Below, one piece after another: positions 19,687 to 29,900 of a stretch of 51,027 nt of DNA. This stretch comes from an uncultured Verrucomicrobiota bacterium (lineage in GTDB: Bacteria > Verrucomicrobiota > Verrucomicrobiia > Limisphaerales > MWDV01). How positions within the stretch are numbered: the first letter of the stretch is position 1; every line of letters starts with the position of its first letter. Below the pieces are notes generated by a model. That model did no database searches and had not been told where the DNA came from. It worked only from the letters and a program-made list of their open reading frames with translations. The DNA lies in assembly GCA_964371005.1 (NCBI GenBank), contig CAYJNU010000002.1:7641-58667 (forward strand), written 5' to 3'. The position numbers and the translations under genes were made by a program.

Positions 19687-19719
19687 CAGCCGATCCACAC
19701 CAGCGGCGTCCCGACCAAA

Positions 19720-19989
19720 ATGAATCCTGAATTCGCCATCGAGTTATTGAAAACCATGATGTACCAGGCGCTGGCCGTGTCGGCCCCCTTCCTGGCGGCC
19801 GCAATGGTGATCGGGCTGGCGGTGAGCTTGTTTCAGGCTGTGACCTCGATCCACGAACAGACGCTGACCTTTGTGCCCAAAGTGCTGGGGGTCGTCGGGG
19901 TGCTGTTGCTCTTGCTCCCCTGGATCGTGCGCTCCTTGGTCGAGTTCACCACGGCGGTCATCGAGAAGATGCCGCAAATGGTGCAATGA
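19720..19989 (+). CDS. fliQ: Flagellar export gate protein FliQ
   Basis: 89 aa with two TM helices. The ...AAMVIGLAVSLFQAVTSIHEQTLTFVPKVLGVVGVLLLL motif is typical of FliQ. Confidence 0.93.
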   Translation: MNPEFAIELLKTMMYQALAVSAPFLAAAMVIGLAVSLFQAVTSIHEQTLTFVPKVLGVVGVLLLLLPWIVRSLVEFTTAVIEKMPQMVQ

Positions 19990-20076
19990 AAACGGCGCGA
20001 GGCAGCAGCCGGCGGTCAGTCGCTGGTTCGGACCGGCGGCGACTGACGACAGACCCCGGACGGCGGATTTCATAAC

Positions 20077-20841
20077 GTGGAACTCGACTTCTACACTTTC
20101 GCGCTGGTCTTCCTGCGCATGGGGGCATTCCTCTACGTGTTACCGTTCTTCTCGGCCACGAATTTTCCGCATACGTTGCGCATCGCGCTGGGCGCGGTGA
20201 CGGCGCTGTTACTCGCGCCGCTGTTGCCGCCGATCGCCCTGGGCAAGCTGTCCATGTTCGGGTTGATCGGCTTGATGGCGCAGGAAACCAGCATCGGGTT
20301 GTTGCTGGGCTTCGTCTCGCGCATGGTGTTCTACGCGGCGGACCTGGCGGGCAACATCATTGCCACCGAGATCGGCCTGAACATGGGCACGATCATGAAC
20401 CCGCTCAGCCAATCTTCCTCGCCGATCCCCGGCACGATCTTGTTCTTCCTCGCGGCGGTCGTCATGCTGACCTTGGACCTGCATCATTGGATTCTGGCGG
20501 GCTTCCAACAAACCTACCTCGTCTTGCCGGTGGGCGGCGCCCACCTGAACGAGGCGTTGTTCACCGCGGTGATGACGCACACGAGCCGGATCTTTGTGGT
20601 GGGCCTGCAAATCGCCGCGCCGGTGCTGGCCGTATCGTTCGTGGTGACGTTGGTGTTTGCCGTGCTCAGCCGCGCCGTGCCGCAGATGAACGTGTTCATC
20701 CTCAGCTTTTCCTTCCGCATCGTGGGCGGCCTGTCGGTGTTCGGTTTCACGCTGCACCTTACGGCCCAGCACGTGATGAATTATCTCCGCCGCCTGCCGG
20801 AAGATATGATGGGTCTGGCCCAGCTAATCGGGATGAATTGA
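20077..20841 (+). CDS. fliR: Flagellar export gate protein FliR
   Basis: GTG start gives MELDFYTFALVFLRMGAFLYVLPFF, a typical FliR N-terminus. 254-aa polytopic membrane protein, positioned after fliQ. Confidence 0.9.
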   Translation: MELDFYTFALVFLRMGAFLYVLPFFSATNFPHTLRIALGAVTALLLAPLLPPIALGKLSMFGLIGLMAQETSIGLLLGFVSRMVFYAADLAGNIIATEIGLNMGTIMNPLSQSSSPIPGTILFFLAAVVMLTLDLHHWILAGFQQTYLVLPVGGAHLNEALFTAVMTHTSRIFVVGLQIAAPVLAVSFVVTLVFAVLSRAVPQMNVFILSFSFRIVGGLSVFGFTLHLTAQHVMNYLRRLPEDMMGLAQLIGMN

Positions 20842-20856
20842 AGTGAGCCTCCGGCC

Positions 20857-21942
20857 ATGAGCGAACAGACAGGCGAGAAAACCGAGCAACCGACACCACG
20901 TCGGCTGGAGGAGTCCCTCAAGAAAGGTCAAATCCCCCGCAGCCCGGAGGTGCAAACGGCGTTTGTGCTGCTCGGCGGCTTGGCGGCGCTGACCTTCACC
21001 GGCCGGGAGGTCTGGGGTCAACTCGTCGCGGCCACAACCACCTCGCTGGCGCATTTGCACGACACGCCCGTTTCGAGTGATATGCTCCAAGGCTACGCGA
21101 TCGGCGGCGCGCTGGTGATGCTGAAATGCACCGGGCCGGTGCTGCTGGCCACCTGTCTGGCGGGGTTGCTCGCTGGCACGGTCCAAAATCGCTTCAACAC
21201 CGCGTCCGAAGCGCTTTCACCCAACTGGAACCGCCTCAATCCGGTGGAAGGCTTCAAACGCCTGTTCTCCGTCCGCATGGTGATGCCGACGGCGATTTCG
21301 ATGACGAAGCTGGCCATCATCATCGCGTTGACCTATTCGGAGGTTCGCAGCATTCTCGAAGACCCGATCTTCCGCACGTCCGTGGATATTGGCCGCATGG
21401 CGGGCTTTCTGGCGGGGGCGAGTTTGACGATCTTCCTGCGGGTGAGCCTGGCGTTGCTGGTGGTGGCGGCGGCTGACTACGGTTACCAATGGTGGCGGAA
21501 CGCCAAGGACATGATGATGACCAAGGAGGAAGTGAAGGAAGAAATGAAGAGCTCGGAGGGCAATCCGCAGATGAAAGCGCGCCAGCGCCGGCGGGGCCGC
21601 TCCGCCCGAAAAGCCCGCGAGCTGGCGGATGTGCCCACCGCCGACGTGGTGCTCACGAACCCCACCCACATCGCGGTGGCCTTGCGCTACGACCGCAAGA
21701 CGATGCGCGCCCCGCAGATTGTGGCGAAAGGCATCCGACTCAATGCGCAACGCATCCGCGAGATCGCCCAACAACATCAAGTCCCGATCATGGAGAATAA
21801 ACCGCTGGCGCGGATGCTCTTCAAACACGGGCGGGTGGGCGGCGAGATTCCTGCCCAGCTCTTCGCGGCCGTTGCGGAGATTCTCGCGTGGGTCTATCGC
21901 GTGAATCGCTACCGGTATTTCGCCGAGCGCAATCAAGCGTAA
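20857..21942 (+). CDS. flhB: Flagellar export switch protein FlhB
   Basis: The N-terminus MSEQTGEKTEQPTPRRLEESLKKGQIPRS, four TM helices, the NPTH autocleavage site (VVLTNPTHIAVAL) and PQIVAKG are all present. Confidence 0.95.
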   Translation: MSEQTGEKTEQPTPRRLEESLKKGQIPRSPEVQTAFVLLGGLAALTFTGREVWGQLVAATTTSLAHLHDTPVSSDMLQGYAIGGALVMLKCTGPVLLATCLAGLLAGTVQNRFNTASEALSPNWNRLNPVEGFKRLFSVRMVMPTAISMTKLAIIIALTYSEVRSILEDPIFRTSVDIGRMAGFLAGASLTIFLRVSLALLVVAAADYGYQWWRNAKDMMMTKEEVKEEMKSSEGNPQMKARQRRRGRSARKARELADVPTADVVLTNPTHIAVALRYDRKTMRAPQIVAKGIRLNAQRIREIAQQHQVPIMENKPLARMLFKHGRVGGEIPAQLFAAVAEILAWVYRVNRYRYFAERNQA

Positions 21943-22259
21943 CGGCAACGGCAACACGCCAAATCACATCGCTGCAATTGCCTGGCTTCGAACCTGCATC
22001 CCGAACCGCAAACCTGCGACACTGCGATCCCAAGGTTCGACGCGGGAGCGCTGGCAAGAACGTGAAACTGCCGTTCAAACCCACCGTGGCCAGACCTTGG
22101 GATTTGTGGCGATAACCCCGAACCCACCCCTACACGGTCTCCAGAACACGTTTTTGAGCATGGACAACTATGTGTTGCATAGGCAATACATGGTTGTCCC
22201 CAGCAATTTTCGAGCGCAGCTTGTAACCCAGAGTCGTGAGTTCAACACAATCCGTCGCC

Positions 22260-23630
22260 ATGAAAACCACCTCGAAGTCTGACTCGCACACTTCCACCCG
22301 CCGACAATTTCTGCGGACCGCAGCGATTGCTGGCGCCACCATTTCCATTCTCCCACGCCATGTCCTCGGCGGCGTGGGCAACACGCCACCCAGCGAGAAA
22401 CTGAACATCGCTGGCATCGGCATCGGCGGGCAGGGCGGTGCGGATTTGGAGGAACTGAAAGACCACAACATCGTCGCGCTGTGTGACGTGGACTGGGCTT
22501 ACGCTGCGCACACGTTCAAGAAGTATCCCGACGCCAAACGCTACCAGGACTTCCGCGAGATGCTCGACAAGCAGAAGGGCATTGACGCCGTGGTCATCGG
22601 CACGCCCGATCACATCCACGCGGTGGCCACGATGGCGGCGCTCAAGCACGGCAAGCACGTCTATTGCGAGAAGCCGCTCACGCGGACCGTCTTCGAGGCG
22701 CGTTCAGTGGCCAGGGCCGCGGCGGAGGCGAAGGTCGCCACGCAGATGGGCAACCAAGGCATGGCATTCGAAGGCAATCGGCTGATCAAGGAATGGATTT
22801 GGGGCAGGGTCATTGGCCCGGTGCGCGAAGTCCACGTCTGGTCGGATCGCCCGACGCATCGTGGCAAGATGCCGCTCTGGTGGCCGCAAGGCATCGAGCG
22901 CCCCACCGACACGCCGCCTGTGCCCGACACGCTCGATTGGGATCTCTGGCTCGGGCCCGCGCCGTGGCGGCCGTATCATCCAGCCTACGTGCCGTTCAAG
23001 TGGCGCGGCTGGTGGGATTTCGGCTCCGGTGGCCTGGGCGACATGGGCATTCACAATCTCGCGCCGGTGTTCGACGCGCTGAAGCTCGGACCGCCGGTGA
23101 GCGTGCATGCGAGCTCGACGCCGGTGTTCAAGGAGACTGTGCCGTTGGCGGCAAAGGTGCATTACGAGTTCGCGGCACGTGGCGACATGCCGGCGGTGAA
23201 GCTGCATTGGTACGACGGCGGCCTGCTGCCGGAACGACCGGAGGAATTGGAAACGGATCGCCCGCTCGATCCCGAGGACGGCGCCATCTTCGTCGGCGAC
23301 AAAGGCAAAATCCTCGTTCGCGGCTGGGGTGGCGAAAGCCTGCGACTGATTCCCGAATCCAAACACCGGGATTTCAAGTTCCCGGACAAGACGCTACCGC
23401 GCTCGATCGGCCACTACGCTGAATGGGCGAAAGCCTGTAAGCAGGGCACGCCCACCGCGTCGAGCTTCGCCTTCGCCGGGCCGCTGACGGAAGCGGTGTT
23501 GCTGGGGAGCATCGCCATCCGCTTGGGCGGCGACAAACTGCTGTGGGATGCGGCGAACCTCAAAGTGACGAATTCGCCCGAAGCGACGGCGCTGCTGCAT
23601 TACGCCTACCGCGCGGGCTGGACTCTGTGA
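22260..23630 (+). CDS. Gfo/Idh/MocA family oxidoreductase with Tat signal peptide
   Basis: ATG 22260 (an alternative GTG is at 22236). Tat motif [14 protein letters not shown], Rossmann motif [11 protein letters not shown], and GTPDHIH, CEKPL. 456 aa. Confidence 0.85.
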   Translation: MKTTSKSDSHTSTRRQFLRTAAIAGATISILPRHVLGGVGNTPPSEKLNIAGIGIGGQGGADLEELKDHNIVALCDVDWAYAAHTFKKYPDAKRYQDFREMLDKQKGIDAVVIGTPDHIHAVATMAALKHGKHVYCEKPLTRTVFEARSVARAAAEAKVATQMGNQGMAFEGNRLIKEWIWGRVIGPVREVHVWSDRPTHRGKMPLWWPQGIERPTDTPPVPDTLDWDLWLGPAPWRPYHPAYVPFKWRGWWDFGSGGLGDMGIHNLAPVFDALKLGPPVSVHASSTPVFKETVPLAAKVHYEFAARGDMPAVKLHWYDGGLLPERPEELETDRPLDPEDGAIFVGDKGKILVRGWGGESLRLIPESKHRDFKFPDKTLPRSIGHYAEWAKACKQGTPTASSFAFAGPLTEAVLLGSIAIRLGGDKLLWDAANLKVTNSPEATALLHYAYRAGWTL

Positions 23631-23648
23631 ACTCGATGGGGGGCGAAG

Positions 23649-23675
23649 GCCGCCGAACCGGCTTGGTCCGGCGGC
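23649..23675 (+). terminator. GC-rich hairpin after the oxidoreductase gene (possible terminator)
   Basis: GCCGCCGAACC (23649-23659) pairs with GGTCCGGCGGC (23665-23675): 11 bp with one mismatch and a 5-nt loop, 19 nt after the stop codon. There is no clear U-tract. Confidence 0.35.
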
Positions 23676-23705
23676 TGGGGAGAGTCCGCCAAGCTTGCGC
23701 CTGCT

Positions 23706-23733
23706 CCGCACAAATCCCTCCGCACAAATCCCT
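23706..23733 (+). repeat. Perfect tandem duplication of a 14-mer (CCGCACAAATCCCT x2) in the leader of the giant gene
   Basis: Direct reading: 23706-23719 and 23720-23733 are identical. Confidence 0.9.
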
Positions 23734-23969
23734 TTACAGCCCTTCCCGGCCCTGCTTCCATCGCCGCCGGATAAGCGAAACCCGGAATGCTTGGCTGGTT
23801 ATCCGGTTTCGCGGCACTTCACGGACAACGTATGCAATTTGCATCGGCAGCCTCTACGCAGTCCAACGGCGGGACTCCACGGACGCACACCCGGGATTCA
23901 TACCCACGCCTCGCCCAGATTTGCCGCGCCACCGTTTCCATCCAGGAATGAACCCGTGAAAGGAATCCT

Positions 23970-26900
23970 ATGAAAATGCATCTGACCTCCGTTGGCCGAA
24001 ATCCCGCGGTCATCTTGCTCGTCTTGTTAGTGCTTCTAGGTAGGGCCGTCTGCTTGTCCAGTGGCAGCGCCATCAAGCGCCAGGTTTTTTCGCAAGGACC
24101 AGATGAAGCTGAATTCAAGAAGGCTCACCAATTTGCGCACCAGCAAATGCAGAAACTCGGGAGGAGCCAGAACGGCTCAATTCCGCAGCCCCTTCCGAAA
24201 ATGCTGCAGAAACAGGTTAACCCTCACGCTGCTGGAGCTAGATTGCCCGCGTCTACCACCATGGCGGATGAGATTCTAGTTAAGGCCCGAAAGGGCTCTT
24301 CTTTGGAGGCCGCTCTGAAAGGGAAGTCTGTCAGCAGCACGTATGCAGCCCCGGACCCCACCGCGCTTGGCGTTCTTGGGGAAATCCTGACCGAACACAA
24401 GGCGGAACCGATCCGGCCTGCATTCCGTGCTAGCGAAAAACTATCGGCTGCGGTCTCGAAACAAGCCGGGGCAACTGGCCTCGATGCCAGTTTGATGCAA
24501 AATCGAGCCGACCTCTTCCGCTGGCATCGAGTGAAGCTCGGTAGCTCGGCGGAGGCTGCCGGAGCGCTGGCAAAAATCCGCGCCCTCAAGGAAATCGAAG
24601 CCGCGGAGTTGAATGGCTGCTACCGGACCGCGGACCTGCCGGAGGCAAGCACAGACCCGGGGTATGCGAGGCAGTGGCACCTGCAGCGCTTGAGAATTCC
24701 AGAAACCTGGCAGTTCTTGGTCACCAACAACATCAATCCAGGAGGCAAGCGAGATGTGATCGTCGCAGTAATCGACACGGGTGTTGACTACAACCACGAA
24801 GAGCTGCAGGCAAACATGTGGGTTAACGGAAGAGAGGTTCCAGGCAACTCCATTGATGATGACAACAACGGGTATGTGGACGATATCCATGGGTGCAGCA
24901 CAACCTACGATCCCCGGGAGCATTCTGGAAACCCGATGGACGTCCAGGGACATGGCACTCATATCGCAGGTGCTATTGCTGCGACCGCATACAACCAAAG
25001 CGGCGGAGTGGGCGTAGCGTTTAATGTCCAGATCATGGCTATTCGCATTGCCCAAGAGACAGGGGTCATGACGTTCGAGGATGCTGCCGAAGGCATTCTC
25101 TACGCCGTGGACAACGGCGCGGATGTCATCAATATGAGCTGGGGTGGATATTACCCTTCCCAGATCGTCGAGGACGCGCTCGCTGTCGCTTTCAACCAGG
25201 CCGTATTGGTCGCCTCGGCGGGCAATGATGGTGTTGGCGCTGACGCATGGCCGTTTTATCCGGCGGCTTACACGTGGGTCTTAGGGGTGATGGCATCCGA
25301 CAGTTTAGACAAGCTGGCGGACTTTTCAAACTATGACAACTCTGGCCTACGCTACCAGGTGGCGGCTCCGGGCGTGCAGATTTACAGCTCCCTTCCCAAC
25401 AATGGATACGCAGCCTGGAGCGGGACTTCCATGGCGGCGCCGGTGGTTGCGGGTGTTGCCGCCCTGCTCCGCTCCTACTACAGCGACAGGAACTTGTACA
25501 GCAGCCGATTCATCATGGGCCAGATTGTCGGCGCAGTACCGAAACGCGAAACTAGGTGTCCGATCCTTAATCCACCGGGCGCGATGATGACCCTTGCCAA
25601 GCCGGACATCACATTCTCCGACGCAATCCTCTTCGACGAGAAAGACATCAGCCCATCCAACGATGAAGATGGCTCGTTGGATGCCGGGGAAACGGTCCAG
25701 CTAGGCGTGGAGCTAAGGAATTTGGGCGGCTACGCAAGCCAAGTCCGCGGCTTCCTGACGACGACCGATCCCTATACCGCCGTCCAGACCGCCGAGGCCT
25801 CGTTCAACAATATGGGACCGATGGCTACTGGTAATAATGGCTTCGCGTATGTAAATGGCGTCCTGAGTGGCGTCGCACGACCCTTTGCGTTTAGAATAGC
25901 TTCGAACTGCCCCAACGGCCATGTGATCGGCTTCGACCTCAGTGTTCACTGCAAGAACGGTGCAGACCTGAACGACACCAACAGTTATGTGAGTGGTCCA
26001 CTCCCTATCGCATACGTTGTGGTGCGTGGGCGTCAGGCACCGCGAATACTCACTGAGGATTTCGAATTCACTTCCTCTGATTACTGGGTGATCCAAGGGC
26101 CGATGATGGTAGAAGCCAGCGCCACACTGCGGATCGGACCGGGGACCTTCGTCCAGTGGGGTGGGCTAAGCGATGATCCTTACAATCCAGGACCGCAGCC
26201 GGGCAATATCGTCGTGCGCGGCAAGCTGATGATCGAGGGCACACTGGACAATCCGGTTAACCTGTTCCCCTCCTATTTGGTGGCCGGGCAGACGACACGA
26301 ATAACGGTGTCCGGCCCCGGGGTGTGTGAAATGCGCTACGCCAAGGTGCGCAACCCTGAACTGGTCGAAGCAGCCACAACTGCCATGCGCGGTCTTCGGC
26401 TCATTGACCATTGTTACCTGGATTGGGAGGCTTACCCGGCAAGCATCCAAGCCGTCGCCATTTCGCACTCGATCCTCCACCGCCTCCCAGGCGGCAGTGC
26501 TTTTAGGGCTTCTCGCATGAATACCTGCCTGTTCGATGGTGGAGGCATCGCGGCACCGGTCACGCCGGACTTCCTTCCTTCTCCCATTCTCAACAGCACA
26601 TTCTTACAAGAACTCGGTAGTGCACAAGCTCGTACCCTTGGGGTGCCTCCAGCATTCATTGAGAGTGAAGTCGGCCGCCTCCAAACTTTATTTTTGAGCA
26701 ATGCTGTTCTTCGCGCTGGATTCACGTACGCTGGCCTGCCAATGTCCAGCTCCCACTTTTTCTTGGCTGAAACCATCGCAAATTTCTTCGCTGGCCACGT
26801 TGCGTGTCCAACCAATCAAGCGGAGATGAGTTTTGTTGACAATTACGCCGCCGGACTACCTAAACCGGGTTTCGACCCCAGCTACGTTTATATCGGATTG

Positions 26901-29900
26901 TCGGATCAACTAACCCCGGGTCTTTTCGAATGGGTTGATGGCTCGGCGGTGGCCTACACAAACTGGGCCCAAGGGTGGCCGGAAAACTCGCGAGCCGGAT
27001 ACTGCAACGTGGTGTCAACGGACGGCAGATGGAAAGATCGGCCTGCACAACCACCTGACGCTTCGGGGGGAGTACTAAGCTGGTTTGTACTAAAACTTCC
27101 GGGCGCGTGGAACAATGAGGCACTGAGAGCGCCCGTTCTGGACGGGTCACTTACGGATTACGTCAGGGATCACTATCCGGGAAGCGTCCGATTCAACGCT
27201 TTTTTGAATAAATACTGGGATACGCGGCGCTCAGATTGGATGCGTATTGAAGCTTTCAAGTGGTCACCCGAGGCCATCTGCCTGGCAAGGGACAACTTTT
27301 GGGGAACCACCAATTCCTTCCTCGTCGACCTCGTTGTCAATGACTACACTGATGATTTCACGAGTGGCAAGGTGGACTACGGTGCTCTGCCTGAGCACGG
27401 TTTTCCCTCGACCTACCCCTTCGCAGAGAAAGTCCTCATCAACGGGATGAACGCTGAAACCATTCCGGTGATTGGCGCCGGCGATGCGACTTTCCAGGTG
27501 GCTTTTAATCGCGCAATGGACACCAACATCACGCCCTTTGTCACTTTCGGCCCTGCAGTGCCTTACACGGATTTCGCGGTTAAGCCAGATACCAATGGCT
27601 GGAACGGTTGGAGTGACTCGCGCACATGGGTGGGAGGTTTCAAGATCACGCCCATGATCGGTGAAGGGTTTCATCTGATGCGCGTCTCTGGCGCAGTGGC
27701 AGCAGACGATCCATGGCTCGTAACTGGGAACGACGTCGAGCGCTTCAGGTTCCAGGTAAAGACGCTGGGCACAGCCTCTTTGAACCTGCAGGCGAGCGGA
27801 GGGGAGGGGCGGATAGAACTTGCCTGGCAACAGACGGATTTCGAACTGCTGTCTGGATACAATCTCTACAGGGCTGACGCCCAAGCCGGCCCATTTAAGC
27901 AAGTGAATACGACTGTGATACCAGTCGGCAGTGAGACGTACACTGACACCAACGTGGCCCCCGCGCAGACAAAGCACTACCGGTTCACCGTCGTGCGAAC
28001 GGATCTGCAGGAATCCGACGCATCGAACATCGCCTCTGCCGCGTCCTTGGACACGATCCCCCCAGTGCTGACGCACACGCCCGCAACAAGCGCGTTGCCC
28101 GCGCGCGGGCTGCGGTTAACTGCGACCGCGACGGACAATCTTCAGGTTGCGGGTGTTATTGTTTTTTACCGGCCCTCCGGCAGCGGCTCCAACTATGCCA
28201 GCCTAGCGATGGTCAACGTTGCCGGCAGCAGTTGGTCCGCCACGATTCCAGGTTCCGCGGTCCAGTCGCCGGGGGTTGATTACTATCTCACGGCAACCGA
28301 TGGCATCAGCGAAGTGTTCAGCGGCACACCGACGCTTCCGCATGTGGTGTTGGTCAGCAACGTGCCCACCCTGGGTTCGGTGACGCCCAACCACGGGCCT
28401 GCCGAAGGCGGCACCGCGGTCACGCTGGCGGGTACGCTGTTCGAGCCGGGCGTGCAAGTGTTGTTCGGCGGCGTGCTGGCGAGCAATGTCACACTCATGA
28501 GCCCGAATCAATTGACGTGCGTAACCCCTCCGCATTTTCCCGCACTGGTGGACGTGATGGTGGCCAACACGAACGGCACGGAAAGCACGCTACTGAACGC
28601 CTTCCTGTTTGAACAGACCGGCGTGGTCGTCGCGATGCCCCAAACCAACGGCGATTACGGCACGCAAGTGGAACTCGGTTTGTCGGCCGCGGATGTCGCG
28701 GGTTTGCGCGCCGTGGACGCGACCATCACCTTTGATCCAACGGTCTTGTCCGCCGTGAGCGCACGGGTGGGGATGCTGACGGCGGGTTGGACGCTGTCTG
28801 CCAACCTCAGCACGCCGGGGCGGGCGGTCTTGTCGCTGGCCAACGCAAGCAGCACTACGGGCAGCGGTTCGCTGGTCCTCCTGCGTTTCAACCTCATCAA
28901 GCCGCCGCCTGCTTCAACGCCGCTGGCGATCGAAAGTCTGTTCCTCAACGACGGTGCGATCACGACTGTCCGCAGTGACGGTTTGTTCACTGTCAACGGC
29001 TTCTTCACACTCTCCGGAACCGTCCACTATTTCAATGGCGGTCAGGTGGTTCCGGGCACATTGCTGACGCTCGTTGGCGCAGGGGAGTTCGCCGCCACTT
29101 CTCACACCAACGGCACTTTCTCCATCACCAACATTCCCACGGGCAGCTACACGGCCACGCCTTCAAAAACGAACGACGCTTCTGAAATCACAGGCTACGA
29201 CGCGTCCCTCGTCCTGCAAGCAGCCGCCGGCCCGTTGAGTCTCTCACCGAACCAGATTCTCGCCGCTGACGTGAACTGTAACGGGTCGGTTTCTGCCATG
29301 GACGCCTCTTACATCCTCGAAAAGGCCGTTGGTCTCATCCCGGGGTCGTTCCCGGGAGCAGGTCGGATGTGGAGTTTCGCGCCATCCCAACGCAGCTACA
29401 GCCTGCTAAATAGCAACCAGAGCAGCCAAGATTTCACCGCCGTCCTCATTGGGGACGTCTCCGGCAACTGGATCCCCATAGCTTCCCAAGGCAGCCCGCC
29501 GCCAGCGCCCGTTGTAGGACAGGGGGCAAGCGGAAGCCCCAAGGACAAAGGTGGCTCGCCAAAGTCGGTGGTGTTGGGGATGGACAACGGACCGTGGCCT
29601 CACTTGCCGGGCGAGCAAGTTGCCAGAATCCTGATGAAGACGGACGAAGCTTCGGTTTACGGGATAGACTTGACCCTGTCCTATGTTCCGTCAAATCACA
29701 CCGTCGCTGCCGTGCGCCCAGGAAACCTGGCTCAAGGAGTGGCGTTGGCCATCAACACGAACCAAGCGGGTGTGGTGCGCGCGTCCCTGGCCAGCGCGTC
29801 GCCCCTGTCCGGCAGCGGGGCGTTGCTCCTCTTGTCGTTCGCCGGTGACATACCAGTGGATTGTCAAGTTGACCAAGTCCGCATTAACGAAGGCCAAGTC

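Noticed and set aside
21983-21998. TGGCTT-cgaac-CTGCA after flhB has correct -24/-12 spacing.
   Set aside because: The -24 element is degenerate (TGGCTT rather than TGGCAC). The nearest downstream start is more than 235 nt away, and such partial matches are expected by chance in GC-rich DNA. It is left as unsupported.
22027-22103. A 77-nt element with a closing stem and a GGTTCGA motif looked tRNA-like.
   Set aside because: The GGTTCGA is on the 5' side rather than in a T-arm position. No D-arm, anticodon-arm or T-arm cloverleaf can be drawn on either strand, and the closing stem is 10 bp rather than 7.
22094-22112. GGCGATAA resembled the -10 element of a sigma-28 (FliA) promoter downstream of the flagellar operon.
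   Set aside because: No TAAA-type -35 element lies at the required 15-nt distance, and the downstream gene is not flagellar.
26742-27104. A C-type lectin fold could be the variable region of a diversity-generating retroelement.
   Set aside because: No reverse transcriptase gene, template repeat or second copy of this segment exists anywhere in the window. The CTLD is also internal rather than C-terminal.
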